Below are positions 1 to 13,700 of a stretch of DNA of 32,560 nt, one piece after another. The notes under the pieces are model-generated. The model searched no databases and was not told the DNA's origin. It worked only from the letters and a program-made list of their open reading frames with translations. The translations under genes were made by a program, and so were the position numbers. Position 1 is the stretch's first letter, and the number at the start of each line of letters is the position of its first letter. The stretch spans positions 1 through 32,560 of the forward strand of contig NW_021832794.1 in assembly GCF_006345805.1 (NCBI RefSeq), given 5' to 3'. The stretch is from Octopus sinensis (Eukaryota).

Positions 1-40
1 TTAATGGATGCACCCCACCCACAGCTACCCGCACCATCAC

Positions 41-155
41 AATTGGCATCTAAGGTAGAGATCTGAATGGAAACTGGTACAGCCCCTGGCTGACCAGCTT
101 TCAGTCAAACTGTCCAACACTTTTGAGAGCATAGAAAGCAGACATTAACTGATAG
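41..155 (+). mobile_element. Diverged 3' fragment of (GAT)n-tailed SINE ('family B')
   Basis: ctggtacagcccctggctgaccagctttcagtcaaactgtccaacac...agcatagaaagcagacattaactgat aligns by eye with the 3' end of the copies at 18886-19243 and 22108-22381. Confidence 0.6.
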
Positions 156-590
156 ATATCTATATATAAATATTATACATATATATATATATATATATAT
201 ACATATATATGCATTGTGTCATATGTGTGTGTGTACATATATATGTATATATATACACACACATTATACATGTATACATATATACATGCATACATATATT
301 ATTCATATACATATATATATATGTATATGCATTCATTCATATATATATATATATATATAAATACATACATCATTCATACATGTACATGTATACATTCATT
401 CTACATATATATAAATATAATATATATACACACACATACATTCAAAAATATATATACATACATTCCTTCTTATATCTACATATAGTCATTCATATATATT
501 ACACACACATTCATTCATATACACCTATATAACAATCTCATACATATATATACATATATATATTCATAATATATATATATATATATATCT
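155..590. repeat. Irregular (TA)n/(CA)n microsatellite with CATTCATA interruptions
   Basis: Direct inspection. Confidence 0.9.
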
Positions 591-718
591 CATCATCATC
601 ATCATCATCGTTGAACGTCCGCTTTCCATGCTAGCATGGGTTGGACAATTTTGACTGAGGGCTGGCGAACCAGATGGTTGCACCAGGCTACAATCTGGAT
701 TTGGCAGAGTTTCTACAG
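591..718 (-). mobile_element. Family B SINE 3' fragment, truncated by microsatellite
   Basis: (CAT)n then cgttgaacgtccgctttccatgctagcatgggttggac...ggcagagtttctacag, the reverse complement of the 3' end of the 18886-19243 copy. It stops abruptly where AT repeats resume. Confidence 0.9.
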
Positions 719-898
719 AGTTTATAAATATATATATATATTTTTTTCATTCATACATACATACACTCATATATATATATATATATATATACATATATCA
801 GTGTATGTATATACATAGATATATACATTTATTCATTCATATATATAGATATATATACACACACACACACACGTGTATGTATATATATATATATATAG

Positions 899-948
<50 letters not shown>

Positions 949-1000
949 ATACATATATATATACATGCATACATACATTCATTCATTCATGTAATTTTCT
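719..1000. repeat. (TA)n/(CA)n microsatellite block
   Basis: Direct inspection. Confidence 0.9.
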
Positions 1001-1149
1001 AGATGGTGTAATTTAATTATTCATTTTTGAATGATAAAAGGTGATTTTTTTTCTAATTTTTTATATAGATATGATATTGTGTGGAATTTGATTTAGTATT
1101 TCTAAATTGAATTCTTTTTCCTTATAAGTTTGGATTTTATTCCCTCAAA

Positions 1150-1174
1150 TGATAATAATATTATATATATATAT

Positions 1175-1206
<32 letters not shown>

Positions 1207-1964
1207 ATATATACACACATGCATACACATTCATCCATATGTATATATACATATTTTTCATATTATACATGCACATTCATCATATGTATGTACATATATA
1301 TATATGCATTCTTTCATATATATATTCATTCATACCATACATTATAATTCAGTAAATACACACACACATTCATATAATATATATATGTATATATATATAT
1401 ATATATATATACATTCATTCATAGGTCAACATGTATACATTATATTCACTGACATTCTTTATTACATTCATAAATACATTATACATATAGATATCTATGC
1501 GTTCTTACATATAAATATAAGTACAGTTCATTCACCGATATATATATATGATTACATTCTTACACATAATATATACATTCTTACATAGATACAATATATA
1601 TACATGCGTTGACATATAAATATATATACATTCATACGATTATGGATATATATATATACATTCTTACATATATATACATAATTCTTAAATATATACATAT
1701 TTTGTAGTAATACATTATACACACACAAACCAACTAGAGTATATATATACATAATACAGTATATATATACATTCATACACATATATATATATACATTCAT
1801 ACACATTATATATATACATTCATACATATATATACCTTCATACATGTATAGATATATATATATAGATATTACATTCAGGACACTATATATACATATATAG
1901 ATATAATATATACATTCATACATATATATATTATATATATATATATAGATAGATACATATATAC

Positions 1965-1995
<31 letters not shown>

Positions 1996-3885
1996 CATTC
2001 ATACAATATAGACATATATATACATATATATATATACATATAGATATATACATATACATATAGATATATTATAGTATAATTTACATTCATACATATATAT
2101 ATTATATAGATTTACATAATACATTATATATATCTATATATTTATATAATTCATACATTATATATATATATATATGTACATCATACATTATATATATATA
2201 TATACATTCATACATGTATATATATATATAACATTCATTACACTTATAGTATATATATATAGATACATTCATACATATAATATATATACATTCATACAGT
2301 ATATATATATATACATTCATACATATATATATATATACATTCATACATATATATATATAATACATTCCATACATATATATATATATACATTCATACAATA
2401 TATATATATACATTCATACATATATATATATACATTCATACATATATATATATATATACATTCATACATATAATATATATATATACATTCATACATATAT
2501 ATATATATACATTCATACTATATATACTAAAATATATATATACATTCATACATATATATAGATATATATTATACATTCATACATATATTATATAATATAT
2601 ATACATTCATACATTATATATATATATGTATACATTCATACATATATATATATAGTATATACATTCATACATATATAAATATATATATACATTTCATTAC
2701 ATATAATATATATATATATACATTCATACATATATATATATATATATAATTATACATATATATTATATATAGACATTCATACATTATATATTATATATAT
2801 ACATTCATACATATATATATATATAGAATTCATACATTATATATATATATTATACATTCATACATATATATATATATTATACATTCATACATATTATAGA
2901 TATATATACATTCATACAGATGATATATAATATATACATTCATACATATATATATATATACATTCATACATATATATATATATACATTCATACATATATA
3001 TATATATACATTCATACATATATATATATATATACATTCATACATATATATATATATACATTCATACATATATATATATATATATAAATCATACATATAT
3101 ATATATATATTATATATACATTCATACATATATATATATACATTCATACATATATATATATATACATTCATACATATATATATATATACATTCATACATA
3201 TATATATATATATACATTCATACATTATATATATATATACATTCATACATATATATATATATACATTCATACATATATATATATATACATTCATACATAT
3301 ATATATATATACATTCATACATATATATATATATACATTCATACATATATATATATAGACATTCATACATATATATATATATAATTCATACATATATATA
3401 TATATACATTCATACATATATATATATATACATTCATACATAGTATATATATATAACATTCATACATATATATATATACTTCCTACATATATATATACAT
3501 TCATACATATATATATATATATATATATATACATTCATACATATATATATATATATACATTCATACATATATATATATATATACATTCATACATATATAT
3601 ATTACATTCATACATATATATATATACATTCATATATATTATATATATATACATTCATACATATATATATATATACATTACATACATATATATATATATA
3701 TACATTCATACATATATATAATATATATATATTATATACAATCATACATATACATATATACATACAATCATACGTATACATATATAGACATTCATACATA
3801 TATATACATTCATACATATATATATTACATTCATACATACATAATATATATATACATTATACATACATATATATATATATACATT

Positions 3886-3926
<41 letters not shown>

Positions 3927-4462
3927 TACATTATACATATATATTATACATTCATACATATATATACATTCATACATATATATATACATTCATACATATA
4001 TATATACATTCATACATATATATACATTCATACATATATATATATACATTCATACATATATATATATATACATTCATACATATATATATATACATTCATA
4101 CATATATATATATACATTCATACATATATATATATACATTCATACATATATATATATACATTATACATATATATATATACATTCATACATATAATATATT
4201 ACATTCATACATATATATATATATATATACATTCATACATATATATATATACATTCATACATATATATATATATACATTCATACATATATATATATACAT
4301 TCATACATATATATATATATATACATTCATACATATATATATACATTCATCACATTATATATATAAATACATTCATACATATATATATATATACATTCAT
4401 ACATATATATATACATTCATACATATATATATATACATTCATAATATATATATATATACATT

Positions 4463-4501
<39 letters not shown>

Positions 4502-5273
4502 ACATACATTCACACATATATATATATATATACATTCATACATATATATACATTCATACATATATATACATTCATACAAATATATATACATTCATACATA
4601 TATATATATACATTCATACATATATATATATATACATTCATAATAGATATATATATATATACATTCATACATATATATACATTCATACATATATATATAT
4701 ATATACATTCATACATATATATATAGACATTCATTCATATATATATAGACATTCATTCATATATATATATACATTCATTCATATATATATATACATTCAT
4801 TCATATATATATACATTCATATATATATATATATATACATTCATACATACATATATACATTCATACATACATATATACATTCATACATATATATATACAT
4901 ATATATACATTCATACATATATATATATACATACATACAAGATATATATACATACATACATACATATAATATATATACATACATATATATATACATACAT
5001 ACTACATATATACATACATACGTAAATATATACATCATACATATATATATACATTAATACATATATATATACATACATAAATACATACATACATACATAC
5101 ATATATACATACCATACATATATATATATATATTATATATACATACATATATATATATATACATTCATACATACATATATATATATATACATTCATACAT
5201 ACATATATATATATACATTCATACATACATATATATATATATACATTCATACATACATCTATATATATACATT

Positions 5274-5305
<32 letters not shown>

Positions 5306-6314
5306 GTATATATATCATACATATATATATATATAATATATTACATACATTACATAATATATACATACATACATACATATATATACATTCATACATACAT
5401 ATATATACATTCATACATACATATATATACATTCATACATAATATATATACATTCATACATACATATATATACATTCATACATACAGATATATACATTCA
5501 TACATACATATATATACATTCATACATACTATATATACATTCATACATTCATACATACATATATATACATTCATACATACATATATATACATTCATACAT
5601 ACATATATATACATTCATACATACATATATATACATTCATACATACATATATATACATTCATACATACATATATATACATTCATACATACATATATATAT
5701 ATATATACACATTCATCCATATAGATATATACATTCATACATACAGACATATATATATATATATATACATTCATACATACAGACATATATATATATATAT
5801 ATACATTCATACATACAGACATATATATATATATATACATTCATACATACAGACATATATATATATATACATTCATACATACATACAGACATATATATAT
5901 ATATATACATTCATACATACATACATATATATATATATATACATTCATACATACAGACATATATATATACATTCATACATACAGACATATATATATACAT
6001 TCATACATACAGACATATATATATATATATACATTCATACATACATACAGACATATATATATATATATACATTCATACATACATACAGACATATATATAT
6101 ATATATACATTCATACATACATACATATATATATATATATACATTCATTATACATACATATATATATATATATACATTCATACATTATACATATATATAA
6201 TATAACATTCATACATACATACTATATTATATATATATACATTCATACATACATACCAATATATATATATATATATTCATACATACATAATATATATATA
6301 TATATATATACTTC

Positions 6315-6345
<31 letters not shown>

Positions 6346-8599
6346 CATTCATACATACATACATACATATATATATATATATACATTCATACCTACATAC
6401 ATATAATATATATACATTCATACATACATACAATATATATATATACATTCATTACATTCATACATATATATATATATTTCATCAACATACATAGATATTA
6501 TATTACATTCATACATACATACATATATACATATACATTCATACATACATACATATATACATATACATTCATACATACATACATATATACATATACATTC
6601 ATACATACATACATATATATATATATACATTCATACATACATACATATATATATATACATTCATACATACATACATATATATATATACATTCATACATAC
6701 ATACATATATATATATACATTCATACATACATATATATATATATATATACATTCATACATACATACATATATATATATACATTCATACATACATACATAT
6801 ATATATATACATTCATACATACATACATATATATATATATACATTCATACATACATACATATATATATATACATTCATACATACATACATATATATATAT
6901 ACATTCATACATACAACATATAATATATATTACATTCATACATATAATATATACATTCATACATATATATATATACATTCATACATACATATATATACAT
7001 TCATACATATATATATATACATTCATACATACATATATATATACATTCATACATACATATATATACATATATACATATATACCTTTATATATATTCATAC
7101 ATTACACACATTCATATATATAAATATATACATACATACATACAACACATTCATATATATACATATATACATATTCATACATACATACATCATACATACA
7201 TACATTCATACAATATATATATATATATATACATTCATACATATTAGATATATATATATTACATCATGCATTATATATATATAGATTCATATATATATAT
7301 ATATATATATATACAGTCATGCATATATATATATATAGTTCATATATATATAATATACAATCATATATATATATTATACACAGTCATGCATATATATATA
7401 TAGATTCATTTATTATAATATACATACATACAATATATATATATATATACATACATTCATTATATTATATATATACATACATTCATGCATTATATATATA
7501 TACATTCATGAATATATATATATATATACATTCATAACATATATATATATACATTCATGCATATATATATATATATATATATATATTCATGCATATAATA
7601 TTATATACAGTCATAACATATATATATATACATTCATGACATATATAATATGATACATTCATGCATATATATATATATATCTATACATACATTCAGCATA
7701 TATATATATACATATATATACATACATTCATGCATATATATATATACATTCATAATATATATATATACATTAATACATAATATTTATATAGTGATATAAT
7801 ACATTAATACATATATTATATATGTGTAATATACATTATACATATATTTATATATGTGTATATATACATAATACATATATATATATATATACATTAATAC
7901 ATATATATATATATACATTAATACATATATATATATATATATATATATACATTAATACATATATATTATATATACATTAATACATATATATATATATACA
8001 TTAATACATATATATATATACATACATTAATACATATATATATATATATAATAATACATATATATATATAATACATTAATACATATATATATATATATAC
8101 ATTATATACATATATATATATATATACATTATTACATATATATATATATATACATTAATACATACTATATATATGCATTCACATATAAGTGTATATATAT
8201 ATATACATTCATACATACATATATATATATATTCATACATACACATTTCAGACATTCATACATATATACATACATATATAATTACAAACATTCAGTAATA
8301 TATATATATATATAATATATATATATATACATACATACATTCAGATATATATATATATATATATATACACATACATTCATAGATATACATATATACATTC
8401 ATACATATATATACATTTATACATGTATATTTCATATACATTCATACATATATATATACATTGATTGATATATATATTTATATATATACCCACACATTCA
8501 TTCGTACACACACTATATATCATTCATAAAGATATACACAAAATATATACATTTATTCATATATATATATATCCATTCATTCATACATAAATATATACA

Positions 8600-8638
<39 letters not shown>

Positions 8639-9100
8639 TATAATATACATATATATATATATATGTATAAATATATATATATATGTATATATTATATATA
8701 TATGTATATTAATTATGTATATATACATATACATATCATTCGTACATATATGTATATAAATTATTGATATGTATATAGACATTCATATTTATATAAACAT
8801 TCATTTATATATATATATATACACATTCATATTTATATAAACATTCATGTATATATATATATATATTACATTCATGTATATATATATATTAATATATATA
8901 TATATATATATTTATATATACAGATTCATTTATATAAACACATTTATATATAATAAATTACACTTATAATATTTATATATATTCATTTATACATATATTC
9001 ATTTGTATATATATATATATATATACATTCACTTATATATTTATATATATATACATTCCGTTGTACATGTATAAATTCAGACACATATGCACACACATAC
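1150..9100. repeat. ~8-kb microsatellite-derived minisatellite, core unit CATTCATACA(TA)n with block-wise variants
   Basis: Units of ~18-32 nt, very regular at 2930-3430, 3950-4330, 5380-5690 and 6500-6910. Variants are CATTCATTCA, CATTCATACATACA, ...CAGACA, CATTCATGCA, CATTAATACA and CATTCATTTA. Confidence 0.95.
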
Positions 9101-10520
9101 AGACACACATTATATATATATACATGCATTATATATCTATATACATATGTATATATAGATCTAGTTATGGATATATCTAAATATATCTATGTTCATTGGT
9201 ATATATTTCTACACATATTGTCATATGTAAACATATACCCAAACATTAACATACAGTCACGTATCCATACTTTTGTATATACACGGACGTGTGTGTGTAT
9301 GTGCATGTCTGTGTATGTATATGCATACATACATATATATATATATATATTTCTGTGTATATCTATTTACAAATATACGTTAGTAGATGTGCCTTTGTAT
9401 GTGTGCTTGTATATACATGTGTATAAATTATATCTATATTAATGTATAACCATGTGTGCCCATGAATATGTATATATCGATGTGCACTGAATGTATAACC
9501 ATGCGTGTGTAGGTATATACACCTACATGTAATCACACTAATATTTTGTAAGTCAATTTATATCCAAACGTTTATTATATGCGTGAGTATATCGCATTAT
9601 AGAAATATAGTTTACACATCTATCTATAATTATATATATATATATGTACATAAACATTTATCCTGTGATTTGAAACGGAAGCTCCAGCCTGACCTTGGCC
9701 GTGAACATCTGCAGCACCAACCAGCACCACACACACCACACACACGCACGCACATGCAGCTAACATTAATTGACTTATTCACTGACGTGAGTGTGGGTGA
9801 GCATGTTAGTATGTGAGTATATACGTGATCTTGAGATTGTTTTGCTGAAGTGTTTAAGTTTCACAAGAAATATCTTCGATACCGTACAATCACCTGACTC
9901 TTATTAAACCGGAGCATTGAATTAATTAATAACTGTTTTCGTTTAATCTCATCATCAGAAAAGGGGAATAGATTATGGGGGATAAAAAGAGAGTTGAGTA
10001 TTGTCTGAAATATATATATATCTAAATACATAAATAAATAAAAAATCTACACCCAACTGAACAAAAACAATGCGTAGGTCTATCTGAAATTTTTCAAGTA
10101 AGTAAGAGGGAGAAAATCTATGTCGAGAGAGAAAGGAAATATTCTACCTTAAAATACTGGTTTCTTACACACGTTTTATTATAATGTAAAAGGGGAAGTT
10201 AATTTATTCGTGTCAAACAAAGTGATGTACAAGGGAAGAAGCAAGCACAAAGTATCGATTCAGCAATTCAGTTCAGAATATTTTTAAGATAACAAAGACG
10301 AAAATATCACAAAACAAAATAGAACCATCGACAGAAAGGCAGCATATCACTTTCATTTTTCGACTATTACTTAAAAATCTTTATAATGCGAGCTTACAAT
10401 GGGTAGTAAGTTAAAATTCTTTCGCTGTGATAGATGAATGGATGGATGGATGTACGTTTACAACCGTATCTTCATTATTTAATTTGAGAAATTAAGACAA
10501 AATATAATGGAATAACATAC

Positions 10521-10663
10521 TAATTCCAATATTGGCAGCGAATAAACTGATATCTGGGCAGAAAAAGCAGAAAGATCGCTGCCATTTTTAGAATCTCCTT
10601 TATTCTTTACATTGACATTCGGTTCAAGGAAATTGTCTAATATTTCTTCTTGGATCTCCGCTA
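10521..10663 (-). CDS. Candidate second coding exon ((V)AEIQEEILDNFLEPNVNVKNKGDSKNGSDLSAFSAQISVYSLPILEL)
   Basis: Lies inside ORF 10479-10694. It has a T-rich tract, tandem TAG-TAG acceptors (exon start 10663 or 10660) in frame with the phase-1 donor at 12038, and a TTA|GTATGT donor at 10521/10520. Against it: the more proximal CAG (10671-10669) would give an immediate stop, and no homology is recognised. Confidence 0.3.
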
Positions 10664-10789
10664 CTATTCTGATATTGTAGTGGAACAACAACAATAAAAT
10701 AGTAAACGTAGGGAGGAGGGGGGGCGTCGTAATCTGGGCTAGTAGATAATGATTTCTAATTTATGTACAAGGCCAACAATATTAAAGGA

Positions 10790-10950
10790 AGGGGGGTTAA
10801 TCGATAACATCGATATCCGTATCGACCCAAAAGGATGGAAAGGTAAAAATGACCTCGGTGCGATTCGAGCTCGGAACGTACAGAACCGGAAGAAATATCG
10901 CAATGCATTCATTTTACCCGATGCCTTAACGATTCCTCCAGCTCGCCGAC
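10790..10950 (-). mobile_element. Diverged 'family E' SINE copy (CpG-retaining)
   Basis: cgacccaaaaggatggaaaggtaaaaatgacctcggtgcgattcgagctcggaacg...aacgattcctccagctcgccg is colinear with the copies at 19915-20108 and 28199-28417. Confidence 0.75.
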
Positions 10951-12031
10951 AGGCTAGTAGATAATAAATATGAAAACCCCAACCAACGATGCCAAGTAAA
11001 AACTGTTTCACTTTATTCATTGATTGATGATACCTGCCACAGAATTCGGCCAACTCGTAGGGTGGTAGGTGAGGATAATAGAGAGGGGTGGGTTGTAGCA
11101 CACGTGCATAGTGGTCAGTAGAGGAAGATTAAAAGAGGAGGTATGGGGGGGTGAAGGAATGGTTATAGCAGTCGAAGGAAGATGGAGATGGCAGCTTGTT
11201 AACTAGATTTAAGGGGAACAGGCAAAGAATATAAGAAAAGGCAAGAACGAGAGAAAGCCATTTTTAATATCTTTCATTTCCAAGTGTGTTGCAAAACATT
11301 TTTCCATTCGTAGTGGACGGTCATAGATGCATGTAACAGCTTAATTGACCAACGGAACTGGTTTCAGATTTCATTCTGCTACTAGATATCGAGCGTAGAT
11401 TTGGGGGAAGAAATTTACTTACCTGCTTAGTTTTGTATATGTATGTATGTAGGTGCGATTTTTGAATATATATGAATTAAAATCCAAACTGGGTACGTTT
11501 AGAAGCATGATTGTGTGTGTGATGGGTGTAATAATGATAGTTTCATACATACACGTTTAAGTATGAAGTATGGATGTATATATGTAGTCGCAGATGAATG
11601 AAAAGGGATTTGTGTATAAATGTGTGTGTGTTAGAATGCAATTTTACACATGCATTTTCCATGGATATATCACGTACATTTATTATTATTTACATGAACC
11701 AAGTATTATTGAAAATGATAGACTAGATATATACACAATGGAATGCACGATTTCAATATAATCACCACAACACAGGTGTGTGTATGTATATAAACATTTG
11801 TGTGAATGTATGTACATATACAATAAACTTGTATGACAATATGTGTGTATATAATAAACGTGTGAATGTATATTTATATATATTGTGTGTATGAATGTAT
11901 ATATATGTATTGTGTGTGTGTATGTATGGGTAGTGCATATCTGTTAGTGCAAAGTGCAAGTAAGAATACAGATTCCATGGAAAACAGCAATATAAGAGGA
12001 CGCCTTTTAAAAAGACGTGCGTTGTTTAGGG

Positions 12032-12038
12032 ACTTACC
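12032..12038 (-). promoter_or_regulatory. 5' splice donor (TTAG|GTAAGT)
   Basis: Perfect consensus directly after the signal-peptide-like coding segment. The intron would be phase 1. Confidence 0.8.
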
Positions 12039-12239
12039 TAAATCAAGAGCTTCACACCCTTGATAGAATAAAAGCAGATGTAACACGGAATATAATAATA
12101 ACGGTTCCAGTGTCAAGCTTTTCCTGAGTAAAGATCCTCCTTCTGCGACAGTGCCAGAATAATAATGGTAATAAAGAGTCCCTCCCCGGCGACGGCGGCG
12201 GACACCTTGCCACTGTCCTGTGCTCCTTGTGGGTGCCAT
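12038..12239 (-). CDS. First coding segment of a secreted or single-pass membrane protein (MAPTRSTGQWQGVRRRRRGG...LLLYSVLHLLLFYQGCEA/LDL), continuing off-window to the left
   Basis: ATG in good context (gatATGG: purine at -3, G at +4). 67 codons plus 1 nt to a perfect donor. Hydrophobic h-region followed by a C-E-A (-3,-1) cleavage motif. A phase-1 intron after the signal peptide is typical of modular extracellular proteins. Identity is not recognisable. Confidence 0.7.
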
Positions 12240-13154
12240 ATCTCTCCAAATTTCCGCGGTGTTTTATATATATATATATATTTTTTAGTTTTAATACTTT
12301 TTTTAAAAGACGTCTTCCCTTAGATTTGTTTTCTTTTTATTAGGGCTCTAAAAACCTTTTCTGTAGTAATGTGCCCTGACCAGACTTGGTGCTGTCGAAG
12401 GAGGTTTAATGCTGTTACCACAGAGAGGACGTGCCTGGAGCTGGTTTCAGCCATGGATGTTGTTGCTTGTCAAAAGGATACGTATTGAAATCCACATCTT
12501 TCTCTTTCTAACTCTCTCACTTTTTCTCCCACCCCCAAAATATATCCCGACTGGGGGGTGGGTAGGTATTTTGGTAGATATTTTGGGTGGTGGCGACAAC
12601 GTTGATGGAGTTGTTCGGCTTCACCAAACGATGCTGGGATGAAGCCGACACTCCAGTCCTTGTTTCAACAAGGGAAAGCTTCTTTCTTCCCTGGCTGACG
12701 TTAAGGTGCTTGGTAGTAGTCGGTTTATTCTAGCAGCGTCGAACCACGACGTTTTCTTCTTCCTCTTCTTCGTCGTCGTCGGCGGCTTCTTCTTCCTCCA
12801 CCGCCTTCGTCTTTACTCGGTGTGCCTCCCCCGGATGGCAGCAGTAAACGGTGGTAATGGTGTTGGTAGTGGTGGTGGAGGTGTTGGTGTGTGCGACTGC
12901 TACTGCTGCTGCTTATTGGTAAAGAAATGTCGGTAAAGCTGCAGTCGTTATAGTAGCAGAACAGTTGCCAGTAGACGCTGAAGATGATGATATAGCAGCG
13001 GTGTAGATGGCGGTATTGCTGGGTGGAGGAAGCTTACTATAACTGGTTGTGAAGGCAAGCAGGGACGTTCTTGATCACTGGCTTGTTCAAGGATGAGGAA
13101 GCTGAAGGAGATAATAATAATAATGATTACACGGCGTGAAAAATTAGAGCATAT
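12240..13154 (-). other. Long 5' UTR portion of the exon, CpG-containing with low-complexity triplet tracts
   Basis: Bounded by the strong acceptor at 13155 and the main ATG at 12239. There is no minus-strand ATG between 13149 and 12498. Contains (GAA)n, (ACC)n, (AGC)n and (ATT)n tracts. Confidence 0.6.
12320..12454 (-). other. Upstream ORF, 44 aa (MAETSSRHVLSVVTALNLLRQHQVWSGHITTEKVFRALIKRKQI*)
   Basis: ATG at 12454 (tccATGG) and TAA at 12322-12320. It is overlapped by a 16-aa uORF (12497-12447, MWISIRILLTSNNIHG*). Translation is unproven. Confidence 0.45.
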
Positions 13155-13210
13155 CTAAGAAAAAGTGTGTGAATAAAAAAAAAAAAGGAAAAGAAAAAAA
13201 GGGTTTCTTA
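13155..13210 (-). promoter_or_regulatory. Strong 3' splice site (long polypyrimidine tract + TAG)
   Basis: Minus strand reads ccctttttttcttttccttttttttttttattcacacactttttcttag|ATATG. Confidence 0.7.
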
Positions 13211-13539
13211 AAACTACTAATAATAAATATGATGCTTCTATTCATATATATATGTATATTTATATATATATCAAAAAGAGAAATAGATGAAGACGTGGGA
13301 AAGAGAAGGGAAAATAAAAACAGACAGGGCGAGTCAGTCAGTGCGGGGAATGAGCTTCTACCTGAGACATTGGCAGTGGCTCGATGTTGTGGACTAATTG
13401 GCACGAATTCAGTGCTGCATCACTATTTCGTGATATTCTCGCTTATTTTGTTGTTAGTAAATTAAGAATTTCTAACATAAATACAAGACCACTAATCCCA
13501 CCTTATATATAAATATATATATATATATATAGTCTGGAT

Positions 13540-13700
13540 TTAGTCACTTCAATATTTAACTGGTGCTTATTTTATCGATCCCTTAATGAATGAATGAATG
13601 AAAAAGCAAATTCGGCCTAGGCGGGATTTGAACTCAAAATATTAAAACGACTAAATACCACAAATAATTTTGGTCTGATTGCTTTTGCTAATCCACCTCT
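13540..13700 (-). mobile_element. Old, diverged family E SINE
   Basis: aactggtgcttattttatcgatccc...ggcgggatttgaactcaaaa matches family E motifs. Confidence 0.6.

Noticed and set aside
2190-7100. Regular repeat with variable spacers, superficially CRISPR-like
   Set aside because: The spacers are only (TA)n of varying length, the context is eukaryotic, and there are no cas genes.
209-9816. Dozens of Y/I/H/C/M/V-rich ORFs
   Set aside because: These are translations of (TA)n/CATTCATA repeats, which lack stops in some frames. They have no coding features.
10739-11101. ORFs 10739-11101 (-) and 10749-10964 (+)
   Set aside because: Largely overlap a family E SINE copy, and no recognisable domain is present.
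12038-12239. Naming the gene (protocadherin, Cys-loop receptor, TGF-beta ligand, neurexin etc.)
   Set aside because: Only a signal-peptide-like segment is visible, with no diagnostic domain. Any name would be a guess.
12409-12936. Plus-strand ORFs 12409-12642 and 12706-12936, and acidic or Arg-rich minus-strand frames
   Set aside because: Low-complexity triplet tracts in the leader. The minus-strand frames have no AUG and are closed by stops.
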